A stretch of 29,489 bases of DNA from a virus (taxonomy: Duplodnaviria; Caudoviricetes): IMG/VR virus record IMGVR_UViG_3300020426_000380, positions 1 to 29,489 of that record, one strand, 5' to 3'. Under the pieces are notes generated by a model that searched no databases, was not told where the DNA came from, and worked only from the letters and a program-made list of their open reading frames with translations. A program made the translations under genes and the position numbers. Of the stretch, positions 15,634 to 24,695 are shown in pieces. How positions within the stretch are numbered: the first letter of the stretch is position 1; each line of letters starts with the position of its first letter.

Positions 15634-16062
15634 ATGGCGAAACGGCAGCAAATCGCGGGGTTTCCCGAGCCGAAATGGTCGGCGCTGTGCGAAGGCAAGG
15701 TCGAGATCGCGGCCGCGAAGGCGCATTGGACCCGCATCATCGGCGAAATGCAGGCGCGCGAGACGCTTGCCGAGGCCAATGGGCACTCGGTTCAGCGCCT
15801 GGTCCTCGCCTATATCAATTACGATCGTGCCGCGGCGATGGTCGCGAAGCTGGGCGTGGTAGACGAGCCGTCGAGCGACAACCCGCGATCCATTTCCCGG
15901 CTATCCATTCACTTCAAGGCCATGAGCGAGGCCGAGAAGACGGCCGAACGGCTCGAGGCGCAACTCGGGCTGTCGCCGCAGCGGCGCGGCAAGGTGGCGA
16001 AGGTGACGAAGAAACGGGAGCGCAGCGCTGGTGCCGACGCGTTCCTCGGGCCGAAGGGATAG
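15634..16062 (+). CDS. terS: Terminase small subunit (P27 family)
   Basis: AKAHW...LEAQLGLSPQRR motif; position. Confidence 0.85.
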   Translation: MAKRQQIAGFPEPKWSALCEGKVEIAAAKAHWTRIIGEMQARETLAEANGHSVQRLVLAYINYDRAAAMVAKLGVVDEPSSDNPRSISRLSIHFKAMSEAEKTAERLEAQLGLSPQRRGKVAKVTKKRERSAGADAFLGPKG

Positions 16063-17854
16063 GGCAGCCGACCCCACCACCGCGTGGGCAGAGGCGGCCG
16101 TTCGTGGCGACTTCCTGGTCGGTGATCTCGTCCGGCATTCGGCAGAGCGCCATCTTCGCGATCTTCGCGACCTGAAGGATTATCATTGGCGCCCCGAACT
16201 GGCGCAGCGGGCCCTGGACTTTTTCCCGTCGGTGTTCACCATCACCGACGGGCCCAAGGCTGGGCAGCCATTCCAGCTGCTGCCCTATCACGTCTTCTGC
16301 GTCGGCTCGCTGATGGGGTGGGTGACGGCCGAGGCGCGCTGGCGCTTCCGCTCGGCCTATATCGAGACGGGGAAGGGGCAGGCGAAGTCGCCCATGATGG
16401 GCGGCCTGGGCATCTATGCCATGGGCTGGTGCGGCTTCCCGCGCGCACCGATCTACGCCATCGGCGGGGACAAAAATACCGCGAACGTCCTGTTCAAGGA
16501 TGCCGCGGCCATGTGCCGCGCCCAGATCCCGGGATATGACGACGGCGAGACACTGGAATCGGAGGGCCACGTCGTTCTTCGCGGCGAAGGCGACAATGTC
16601 CACAAGATCGAGCATCCTGCCTCGCAGTCCTTCTTCCTGCCCCTGGCGAGCGGCGAAAACCAGTCGGGACCGCGGCCCCGCCTAGTGCTTGCAGACGAAA
16701 TTCACGAATTCCGAACAGACTCGCAACTGGTGACATGGCGGCGGGCAATCACCAAAGTTGCCGGATCCGCAATGCTCCTGATGGGGTCGAATACGCCGGC
16801 GACTTCGCAAATCGTCGGCACGCAATATTCAGAGCTGTATCAGGCGATCGCCAAGGGGCTGAAGCGGGACGACACCGCCTTCTCCTTCGTCGCTCGGGTG
16901 GATGAAAAGGACCGCAAAACAGTCCTCGAAAACGAGGCTTGCTGGGTCAAGGCGCTGCCGGCGCTTGGCATTACCTACCCGGTCGCCAACATCCGAGAGG
17001 AAGTCGTCACAGCCAAGACCAAGCCGTCCGAAGCGTCGTCGATTAAACGGCTCTACTTCGGCATTCCGACCGGTGCGGTGGACTTCTGGATCGCGGAGGA
17101 CAAGTGGGCTGCCGTTCAGAAGGTCATCACCCCCGAGGACCTGGTTCGGCTCAAATCCTGCCGGTGCTGGCTCAGCCTGGACCTTTCGAAGAAGAACGAT
17201 CTTACGGCACTGACCGCAACCTGGATCGATAACGACGGAAAGCTCTGGCAGAAAACCTACTATTTCACTGTTGCCGATCGGCTGAACGAACGCGCCAGCG
17301 CCGACAACGCACCCTATGACGAGTGGGTGGAAGAGGGGTGGCTGATAGCCACGCCCGGCACGACGATCGACTATACCTATGTCGCCGCCAAGGTCGCGGA
17401 GATCTGCGCCGGCAACGATGTGGTCGAGCTTGTTTTCGACCCCGCCAAAATGGCGGATTTCGAGACGGCCTGCGAGCACAACGGCTTCGATGTCTGGAGG
17501 TTCGAAGGGCCGGACAAGCCGAAAGGCAGCGGCCTGATGCTGGTCAAGCACATGCAGGGCCCCCGGGTCATGTTCGAAGACCGGCAGCTTTGCATGCCGC
17601 GATCGATCGAGCGTTTCGAGGATCGCATCCTGGACCAGCGCATCGTCATCGATGCGTCACCGATCACCTATTGGTGCGCCAGCAACGCGCACATAGCGGA
17701 AGACGGGCTGAAAAATCGCTGGTTCGACAAGAAGAAGTCCCGCGGGCGCATCGATGGCCTGGTCACCAGCGCGATGGGCGCGGGCGCGGCCGACAATGTC
17801 GAACTGGGGGGCGGACCATCCGTCTACGAAGGGCGCGGCGCCCGCGTCCTTTGA
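16031..17854 (+). CDS. terL: Terminase large subunit
   Basis: Walker A GKGQAKS, Walker B VLADEIHE, nuclease LDLSKKNDLTA, KSRGRIDG. Confidence 0.96.
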   Translation: MPTRSSGRRDRAADPTTAWAEAAVRGDFLVGDLVRHSAERHLRDLRDLKDYHWRPELAQRALDFFPSVFTITDGPKAGQPFQLLPYHVFCVGSLMGWVTAEARWRFRSAYIETGKGQAKSPMMGGLGIYAMGWCGFPRAPIYAIGGDKNTANVLFKDAAAMCRAQIPGYDDGETLESEGHVVLRGEGDNVHKIEHPASQSFFLPLASGENQSGPRPRLVLADEIHEFRTDSQLVTWRRAITKVAGSAMLLMGSNTPATSQIVGTQYSELYQAIAKGLKRDDTAFSFVARVDEKDRKTVLENEACWVKALPALGITYPVANIREEVVTAKTKPSEASSIKRLYFGIPTGAVDFWIAEDKWAAVQKVITPEDLVRLKSCRCWLSLDLSKKNDLTALTATWIDNDGKLWQKTYYFTVADRLNERASADNAPYDEWVEEGWLIATPGTTIDYTYVAAKVAEICAGNDVVELVFDPAKMADFETACEHNGFDVWRFEGPDKPKGSGLMLVKHMQGPRVMFEDRQLCMPRSIERFEDRILDQRIVIDASPITYWCASNAHIAEDGLKNRWFDKKKSRGRIDGLVTSAMGAGAADNVELGGGPSVYEGRGARVL

Positions 17855-17863
17855 GGAGAGTGC

Positions 17864-19180
17864 ATGAGCATTTTCGATCGCATCCTCGGCCGATCGGCCG
17901 GGGAAGCGTCCACGCATAATGTGGCTGGGGGCGTTCCGCTCTCGTTCGGGGCTGCAGGGAGGCCGCTGGCGCAAGCCGTTGCGCCCGACGGCGGGTTCGT
18001 CATTTCCAGCTCCGCAGAATTGGAGGCGGCACTGCGCGGCGAAGCCGGCCTGACCGGCGAGGTCGTGACGCCGGAAACAGCCATGCGGATAGGCGCGGTT
18101 TTCGGTTGCGTGCGCCTGATCGCCGGCAAGGTCGCGACACTGCCGATCGACGTGAAGCGCCGGGTCGATGACCGGACCCGCAGTGATGCTTCGGATCATG
18201 CAGTCGCGCAGCTGCTGCGCCGCCGGCCCAATCGGTGGCAGCGGCCGGCCCAGTTCAAAAGGATGATGCAAGCGCATGTCCTGCTGCGTGGCGACGGTTT
18301 TGCCCTGAAATCGAAATCCAGGGGCGAAGTCCGGGAACTGATCCCGATCCATCCGGATCGGGTAACCGTCCGCCAGCGGGACGATCTGTCGGTCGAGTAT
18401 GACGTCATCCGCAAGAATGGCTCCCGCCTCACCGTGGGGCAGGATGACATGTTCCACCTCTATGGGCTGACGCTCAACGGCTATCGCGGCGTCACGCCGC
18501 TAACCTACGCGCGGGAGACGATCGGGCAGGCGCGTGCGCGGGACCGGCAGGTCGCGGCGACTTTCAAGCACGGAGCCCGGCCCTCCGGCGCCGTCTCCAT
18601 GCCGGATGGCAAGACGCTGAGCGATTCGGCCTACAACAATCTCCAGCGTTCCCTGGACGATTTTCGCGCCGGCGGTGACAAGGACGGCGGCGTGCTGCTG
18701 CTGGAGGAAGGGCTGAAGTGGGAAACCATTTCGATGAGCCCGACAGACATGCAGTGGATCGAGGCGCAGAAGCTGACCCGCTCCGAGATCTGCATGTTCT
18801 TCGGCGTTCCACCCAGCATGATCGGCGACAATAGCGGCTCCGACAGCAACTGGGGCACCGGCCTCGAGCAGAAGTCCAACGGCTTTGTTGCCTACACGCT
18901 GGATGACCATCTGGTCATGTGGGAGGAGGAACTGAGCGCGATGATCGCCGATCCGGCGATCTATGCCCGGTTCAACCGCAATGCGCTCGTGCGCGGCGAC
19001 CTGAAAGCGCGTTGGGACGCCTATACGAAAGCGCTGCAATGGGGCGTCTTCAGCCCCAACAAGGTGCTGGAGCTGGAAGACGAGAACCCGCGCGAGGGCG
19101 GCGACATCCACTATCCGCCGCCCAACACGGCCGGCAAAGACGACAAGTCCAGCAAGGAACCAGAAGACGATGATGCGTAA
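17864..19180 (+). CDS. Phage portal protein, HK97 family
   Basis: AVFGCVRLIA, RPN, LLRGDGF, LEEGLKW, FGVPP motifs. Confidence 0.96.
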   Translation: MSIFDRILGRSAGEASTHNVAGGVPLSFGAAGRPLAQAVAPDGGFVISSSAELEAALRGEAGLTGEVVTPETAMRIGAVFGCVRLIAGKVATLPIDVKRRVDDRTRSDASDHAVAQLLRRRPNRWQRPAQFKRMMQAHVLLRGDGFALKSKSRGEVRELIPIHPDRVTVRQRDDLSVEYDVIRKNGSRLTVGQDDMFHLYGLTLNGYRGVTPLTYARETIGQARARDRQVAATFKHGARPSGAVSMPDGKTLSDSAYNNLQRSLDDFRAGGDKDGGVLLLEEGLKWETISMSPTDMQWIEAQKLTRSEICMFFGVPPSMIGDNSGSDSNWGTGLEQKSNGFVAYTLDDHLVMWEEELSAMIADPAIYARFNRNALVRGDLKARWDAYTKALQWGVFSPNKVLELEDENPREGGDIHYPPPNTAGKDDKSSKEPEDDDA

Positions 19181-20054
19181 ACCGCCGCGCCTGTTCGCGA
19201 GCGCGCGTCCTGGCGCGCTGCCCATTCCCGCCGACCGTCGCCTGCAGGCCTTTACCCCGGCGTCGGTGATCGACCGCTATGGCGACGCGGCGGCCGGCGT
19301 GCGCGCCGTCGCCCAGGGCGACAATGTCATCACCATGTTCGACAGCATCGGGGAGGACTACTGGACCGGAGGCGGCGTCACGGCGAAAAAGGTGCAGAGC
19401 CAGCTGCGTGCGATCGGCGACCGCGATGTCGAGGTCCACATCAACAGCTATGGCGGGGACATGTTCGAAGGCATTGCCGTCTACAATGTCCTGCGCGAGC
19501 ATCCGCAGAATATCACGGTCAAGGTGATGGGAATGGCCGCTTCGGCCGCGTCGATCATCGCCATGGCCGGCGACACCATCGAGATCGGCGCAGCGTCGTT
19601 CCTGATGATCCATAATTGCTGGGTCATCGCCATGGGGAACCGCCATGACATGGCGGAAACGGCCGCATGGCTGGAGCCATTCGACGGGGCTATGGCCGAC
19701 GTCTATGCTGCCCGGTCCGGCGGCGAGCGCGACCAGATTGTCGGGTGGATGAACGCCGAGACCTTCATGTCCGGCAGCACGGCGGTGGAGCGTGGGTTCG
19801 CAGACGCGCTGCTGCCCGCGGACGCCGTCACGATCGACGACCAAGCACAGGCCTGCGACAAGACAGTCAACGAGCTTCGCGCCATGGAACTGGTGCTCGT
19901 CGCATCGGGCATGACGCGCACACAGGCGCGCGCCCGCATCAAGAATCTGAAGGGCACGCCCGGCGCTGCCCCGGACCAGGACGTCACGCCCGGCGCTGAC
20001 GGCCAGCAGCTGAACCAAGCCCTGTCCGGGCTTCTGGCGACACTCTCCCAATAG
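19170..20054 (+). CDS. ClpP-like (S14) head maturation protease
   Basis: INSYGGD, GMAASAASIIAMAGD, LMIHN, ETFMS...GFAD. Confidence 0.94.
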   Translation: MMRKPPRLFASARPGALPIPADRRLQAFTPASVIDRYGDAAAGVRAVAQGDNVITMFDSIGEDYWTGGGVTAKKVQSQLRAIGDRDVEVHINSYGGDMFEGIAVYNVLREHPQNITVKVMGMAASAASIIAMAGDTIEIGAASFLMIHNCWVIAMGNRHDMAETAAWLEPFDGAMADVYAARSGGERDQIVGWMNAETFMSGSTAVERGFADALLPADAVTIDDQAQACDKTVNELRAMELVLVASGMTRTQARARIKNLKGTPGAAPDQDVTPGADGQQLNQALSGLLATLSQ

Positions 20055-20065
20055 GAGCTATCCTC

Positions 20066-21343
20066 ATGAAGAATTTGCAGCGCGCCGCCCTGATGGCGGC
20101 CGGCGCGACCCTAGTCGCGTCCACTCCCCGCGCCGTGCACGCCGCGCCTCGCGCGGAACCGACGGACGCCTTGACCCAGATCGCCGCGATCAACGCGGCC
20201 GTCACCGCGATGCGCGAAAAGCACGAAGAGGCGCTGGCGGGTCGCCTGACGCAGGACGAGGCGAACGCGCTGATCGATCCGATCAATGCGGAAATCGATC
20301 GCCTGTCGGCTGCCCTGACCGCCGCGCAGCTGGGCGGCGGCGCCGGCGACGGACTGAACGCGGCCGAGCGGGAGCACCGCACCGCCTTCTCCACCTGGTT
20401 CCGTCGCGGCAATGTCGACGCCGACCTGGGCCAGCTGGCGGTCAGCGCGGGCCTGACCACGCAGTCGGACCCGGATGGCGGCTATATGGTCCCTATCGAC
20501 TGGGAACAGGGCATCGATCGAGTGCTGACCAGCATGTCGGTCATGCGGCAACTGGCCCGGGTGGTGCAGATTTCCGGGCAGACCTACAAGAAGCTGGTCA
20601 GTGTCGGGGGTGCAACCTCGGGCTGGGTCGGCGAAGAGGATGAGCGCCCCGAAACCGGAACGCCCTCTCTGCGCGAACTGGCCTTGCCCTCGGGTGAGCT
20701 CTACGCCAATCCGGCCGCGACCCAGACGCTGCTGGATGATGCGCGCTTCGACGTCGCGGCCTGGCTGGCCGATGAAATCTCGATTTCATTCGATGAGGCC
20801 GAAAGCCCGGCCTTCATCCGCGGGAACGGCAAGAACAAGCCGCGCGGGATCCTGGCATACGACACCGTGGCCAACGCCGACTATGCCTGGGGCAAGGTCG
20901 GTTTCGTGAAAACGGGCGCTGCGGCTGCGTTCGCAACGAGCAATCCCGGCGATGCGATGATCGACTTGCTGTTTGCGCTCAAGCAGGGCTATCGCAACGG
21001 CGCGGCTTTCATGACGTCGGACAAGACGATGGCATCGATCCGGAAGTGGAAGGACGGCCAGGGCAATTACCTGTGGGCCGCGCCGACCAGTTCGGAGCAG
21101 GTCGGCACGATCCTGGGCAAGCCCGTCTATACCGACGATTTCATGGACGAGCTGGGCGCAGGCAAGTTTCCCGTCGCGGTCGCCGACTGGAAGCGCGCCT
21201 ATACGATCGCCGATCGCATGGGCGTGACCATCCTGCGCGACCCCTACACCAACAAGCCCTTCGTTCAGTTCTACGCGACCAAGCGCGTGGGTGGCGGCAT
21301 CACCAACTTCGAGGCCATCAAGCTGCTGAAGTGCGCCGCCTGA
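20066..21343 (+). CDS. Major capsid protein, HK97 family
   Basis: DGGYMVP, WVGE, LLDD, FIRGNG..KPRGIL, DGQGNYLW, RDPYT..PFVQFYATKRVGG. Confidence 0.97.
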   Translation: MKNLQRAALMAAGATLVASTPRAVHAAPRAEPTDALTQIAAINAAVTAMREKHEEALAGRLTQDEANALIDPINAEIDRLSAALTAAQLGGGAGDGLNAAEREHRTAFSTWFRRGNVDADLGQLAVSAGLTTQSDPDGGYMVPIDWEQGIDRVLTSMSVMRQLARVVQISGQTYKKLVSVGGATSGWVGEEDERPETGTPSLRELALPSGELYANPAATQTLLDDARFDVAAWLADEISISFDEAESPAFIRGNGKNKPRGILAYDTVANADYAWGKVGFVKTGAAAAFATSNPGDAMIDLLFALKQGYRNGAAFMTSDKTMASIRKWKDGQGNYLWAAPTSSEQVGTILGKPVYTDDFMDELGAGKFPVAVADWKRAYTIADRMGVTILRDPYTNKPFVQFYATKRVGGGITNFEAIKLLKCAA

Positions 21344-21365
21344 TCGGCTGACGATCCGGCATCAT

Positions 21366-21391
21366 GGCCGCCGACATTCAGGTTGGCGGCC
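21366..21391 (+). terminator. Hairpin after the capsid gene (weak terminator or mRNA stabiliser)
   Basis: GGCCGCCGAC-attcag-GTTGGCGGCC; no clear U-tract. Confidence 0.5.
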
Positions 21392-21423
21392 CTCGCTTCT
21401 CATCACATTCCTGGAGACATTCC

Positions 21424-21864
21424 ATGAAGGATATTCATTCGGCCATGGCCGTAGCGCTCATGATCGGCAATGAGGTTTTGTCGGCCGACAACACGCCGGC
21501 GGCGGTCGACCTGATCGGCTACGACGCGGCGGAGGTCGTGCTGGCGATCGGCGCCGGCGGCATCACGTTCACCGCCACGAACAAGATCGAGTTCAAGCTC
21601 ACCCACTCCGACGACGACGTCACCTATGAGGCTGTCGAGCTGAAGGACGTGCTGGGCGTAGACTCGATCGGCACCGGTGGCATCATCAAGGCGCTGACCA
21701 GCGCGCACGCCGCAGCGGCGGCATATCGTTTCGGTTATAAGGGCGGCAAGCGCTACCTGAAACTGCTGGCCGATTTCGGCGGCACCCATGGGACGGGCAC
21801 GCCGATCGCCGCGCTCGTCATCAAGGGGATGGGCCACGACAATCCGCAGGCCGATCAGGCCTGA
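21424..21864 (+). CDS. Probable capsid-associated / decoration protein (146 aa)
   Basis: RBS GGAG, ATG 21424; beta-rich, GYKGGKRYLKL; follows the capsid gene. Confidence 0.65.
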   Translation: MKDIHSAMAVALMIGNEVLSADNTPAAVDLIGYDAAEVVLAIGAGGITFTATNKIEFKLTHSDDDVTYEAVELKDVLGVDSIGTGGIIKALTSAHAAAAAYRFGYKGGKRYLKLLADFGGTHGTGTPIAALVIKGMGHDNPQADQA

Positions 21865-21870
21865 TCTGAT

Positions 21871-21896
21871 GGGGCGGGCCGGAGATGGTCCGCCCC
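21871..21896 (+). terminator. Hairpin between head and connector genes
   Basis: GGGGCGGGCC-ggagat-GGTCCGCCCC. Confidence 0.45.
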
Positions 21897-21915
21897 CGGT
21901 GCCGCGGGAGGCGAC

Positions 21916-22428
21916 ATGGCCGGCTTTATCGAGCTAGAAGACGCGAAGCTGCACCTCCGTCTGGACGGAACGGATGAGGATGGCGAGCTTGAGAGGCTGA
22001 TCGAGGCATCGGCCGCGTTTATCGCCGCCAATTACGGTGTTGTTCCGGCGCAGGACCTGCATCTGCAGCTCGATGGCTTTCGGCCGAACATTCGCATTCC
22101 TTATCGCCCCGTCGACATCGAGACGATCGTCGTCACCTATGTCGATCCGGTCGGCGACGAAAAGCAATTCGACGACCATCGCTCTTTCACCCGGGATGGG
22201 TGGACATGGCTTCAGCCCAAGGTGGGAAAAGCCTGGCCTTCCGTTGCACCTGTCGAGGGCGCTGTCACAATATCCGCTACCTGCGGCTATTCGGAATCGG
22301 ATGCGCCGGCGGACCTTGTGCACGCCTCCCGGCTGCTGGTCGACCACTGGTATAATAATCGAGACGGCATCAATCTTCCTCCGGCAATTGCCAGTTTGCT
22401 CGATCATTATCGCTTTCGGCGGGTGTGA
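21916..22428 (+). CDS. Head-tail connector (gp6-like)
   Basis: LEDAKLHLRLD...ED...LIEA...LLVDHWYNNR...LLDHYR. Confidence 0.9.
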   Translation: MAGFIELEDAKLHLRLDGTDEDGELERLIEASAAFIAANYGVVPAQDLHLQLDGFRPNIRIPYRPVDIETIVVTYVDPVGDEKQFDDHRSFTRDGWTWLQPKVGKAWPSVAPVEGAVTISATCGYSESDAPADLVHASRLLVDHWYNNRDGINLPPAIASLLDHYRFRRV

Positions 22429-22778
22429 TGGCGGCCCCACCGCTCCGCACTGGCGACCTGCGCCACAAGATCGTCATTCGGCGCGTGACCGAAGTCGATG
22501 ATGGCAAGGGCGCATATACGACCGATTGGGCGACCATCGCCCAGCCCTGGGCGGAAGTCGTCGGCCTGACAGGTCGCGAGACCGTCATGGACCAGGTGCT
22601 GCAAAGCATAACCGTGTATCGGATACGAATTCGCTGGCGCGGCGACATCCGCGCCGCCGACCAAATCCAACATGGCGCTATTCCTCTCAACATCACCTCG
22701 GCCGATGATCCCGACGGGAAGCGCGAGCAGCTGATCATCATCGCCACGACCGAGGGCGCGCGGAGCGATGCGCCATGA
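22428..22778 (+). CDS. Head closure / head-tail adaptor (SPP1 gp16-like)
   Basis: GDLRHKIVI...WAEV...GRE...RIRIRWR. Confidence 0.88.
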   Translation: MAAPPLRTGDLRHKIVIRRVTEVDDGKGAYTTDWATIAQPWAEVVGLTGRETVMDQVLQSITVYRIRIRWRGDIRAADQIQHGAIPLNITSADDPDGKREQLIIIATTEGARSDAP

Positions 22779-23299
22779 TGCAATATTCGCGGCTTGAAGG
22801 CACGGAGGTGGTGCTTCGTCGCTTCGACCAGATCAGCGATGCCGCGCACGATCAGCTGGGCGTCGAGCTGGCTATCATCGGCCGGGATTTGCGCGAACGG
22901 CAACAGGCGGCAGCGCCCGAGCGCACCGGCGCGCTGCGCGGCGGGCTGAGCGTCTGGCTGATGCTCGAGCAGCTGAGGGTCCGCATCGGCTTGCTGACGC
23001 AGGGCCGCGGCAAGAGCAACCTGTTCTACGGGCGCATCATCGAATTCGGCCGGAAGGCGCAGACGGTCATCGTCCAGCGCCGGCGGCGGGTGAAGGTCGC
23101 GATCGGCAGCGGCGAGCAGAAGGCCATATTGCGCAAGGCGCGGGGGCGGAAGCTGGCCGCCGATATCGCATCGACCTATTCCATGAAGGTGAAGGCGCGC
23201 GCGCCGCACCCCTTCATCTTCGTGCCCAATGCCCAGCAGGAGGCGACACAGCGCCTCGTCAACTTCTGGGACCAGACGCTGTCGAAGGCCGGGGCCTGA
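22775..23299 (+). CDS. HK97 gp10-family tail completion protein
   Basis: APERTGALR, FYGRIIEFG, APHPF. Confidence 0.82.
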   Translation: MMQYSRLEGTEVVLRRFDQISDAAHDQLGVELAIIGRDLRERQQAAAPERTGALRGGLSVWLMLEQLRVRIGLLTQGRGKSNLFYGRIIEFGRKAQTVIVQRRRRVKVAIGSGEQKAILRKARGRKLAADIASTYSMKVKARAPHPFIFVPNAQQEATQRLVNFWDQTLSKAGA

Positions 23300-23302
23300 T
23301 CC

Positions 23303-23710
23303 ATGAGCGATTTCGTCGACCTTTTGACGCCGTCCCAGGACGCGGTGATCGCGAAGCTGAAGGCGGGCGTGCCGCCGGCGTTGGGATCCGTGCACCAGCA
23401 TGTGAAGCAGGACACGCAGCCGCCCTTCGTCATGGTCGGGTCGATCGACGCCGCCAATGAAGGCAGCAAGGGAGCGCAGGCCGAAAATATGACCGTCGAA
23501 CTGCATTTCGTCACCCGGGGGCCGAGCCGGGCCCCGCTGATGGCGCTGATGCACGCGGCGCGCGCCTGCCTGGAGGGCGCGACGCTGGAGGCCGACGGCA
23601 TCGCATTCCAGCGCCCCATCTATCTGGGCGCGACCGTCAGCAATGTCGGCGCCGATGGCGTCACCTATGCCGGCATCAGCACCTTCGAATTCATCGCAGA
23701 GCCGGCCTAA
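23303..23710 (+). CDS. Tail terminator (DUF3168 family)
   Basis: VHQHVKQDTQPPFVMVG; position before tail tube. Confidence 0.8.
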   Translation: MSDFVDLLTPSQDAVIAKLKAGVPPALGSVHQHVKQDTQPPFVMVGSIDAANEGSKGAQAENMTVELHFVTRGPSRAPLMALMHAARACLEGATLEADGIAFQRPIYLGATVSNVGADGVTYAGISTFEFIAEPA

Positions 23711-23728
23711 CCGGCAGGGAGACATCAC

Positions 23729-24154
23729 ATGGCAAACGAATATGGTCAGGACTGGCGCGTCTGTTTCGGCGACGGCCAGGAGGCGGAAGTGTTCACGGCG
23801 CTGGGCGGCGAAACCGGCTTCAGCTTCCGCCGTTCCTCGCAGGAAATCGACATTTCCGACAAGGATAGCGGCGCCTATGGCGGCACCAGCTATGGCAAGC
23901 AGAAGATCACGATCAGCCCGTCGGGCAATCTGAAGCTGCCCGACGCCGCGTTCAAGCTGCTGTCGGACGCGTCGAAGGCGCAGCCGCCCGAGATCAACCT
24001 TCAGATCAAGAAGGGCAGCATCATCAAATATCATGGCACGGTCGCGATCGGCAATTTTTCGTCCGAGCATCCGCAGACGGGCGCGGTGACCTTCAGCTGC
24101 GACTTGTCGAATGTCGGCGCGCCGATCGTCGATGACCTGACGGCGACGGCCTGA
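23729..24154 (+). CDS. Tail tube (major tail) protein
   Basis: GDGQEAEVFTALGG...IDISDKDSG; RBS GGGAG. Confidence 0.85.
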   Translation: MANEYGQDWRVCFGDGQEAEVFTALGGETGFSFRRSSQEIDISDKDSGAYGGTSYGKQKITISPSGNLKLPDAAFKLLSDASKAQPPEINLQIKKGSIIKYHGTVAIGNFSSEHPQTGAVTFSCDLSNVGAPIVDDLTATA

Positions 24155-24576
24155 TGTCGATCCGTCGTCCGGCGGCAGGGAAGGCCGCCAACGCCCAGCG
24201 GGGCGAGCATGAACTGACGCTCGCCGGCGTGACCTATCGGCTGCGCCCGTCCCACGAGGCGATCGTCGGCATCGAGGAGGTGACGGGTCGCAGCATCATG
24301 GACCTGTATCGCGCGGGCAATGTCGGCGGCCTGACCCTGACCCAGCTGGGCCAGATCGCCGGCGAGCTGATCCGCGCCGGCGCTGCCCAGGGGGACGAGC
24401 TCACCGCACAGGTCGATGACGAACGCATCGGCGAGTTGATCTTCGAAGAGGGCGTCTTTCGCGCGATGGCGCGGCTGACGTTGTGCCTGGTCGACGCGGC
24501 GTCGGGCGGTCGCACCGCATCGGGGGAAGCGAAGGCGGTTCCAGCAAACCCGAGAAGGACCGCTGGCGCCGCCTGA
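24154..24576 (+). CDS. Tail assembly chaperone G (GTA-gp10-like)
   Basis: ANAQRGEHELTLAGVTYRLRPSHEAI..IEE; between tube and tape measure. Confidence 0.82.
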   Translation: MSIRRPAAGKAANAQRGEHELTLAGVTYRLRPSHEAIVGIEEVTGRSIMDLYRAGNVGGLTLTQLGQIAGELIRAGAAQGDELTAQVDDERIGELIFEEGVFRAMARLTLCLVDAASGGRTASGEAKAVPANPRRTAGAA

Positions 24577-24692
24577 TGGGCCTTGCCCTCGAGAATTTCG
24601 GGTGGAGCGCCGACCAGTTCTGGTCGGCCACGCCCCATGAATATTGGTCGATGATCGACGCGCGGATCGCCGCGAACAAGCAACGGAGGTGA
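24576..24692 (+). CDS. Tail assembly chaperone T segment (probably made as a G-T frameshift fusion)
   Basis: GWSADQFWSATPHE signature; -1 frame open across the GGGGGAA site at 24522-24528. Confidence 0.78.
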   Translation: MGLALENFGWSADQFWSATPHEYWSMIDARIAANKQRR

Positions 24693-24695
24693 TGG

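Noticed and set aside
15069-16175. 368-aa plus-strand ORF
   Set aside because: Arg/Pro-rich alternative frame over HNH, cos and terS
22370-24070. 566-aa minus-strand ORF and similar antisense ORFs across the structural operon
   Set aside because: They overlap well-supported plus-strand head/tail genes; typical high-GC shadow frames
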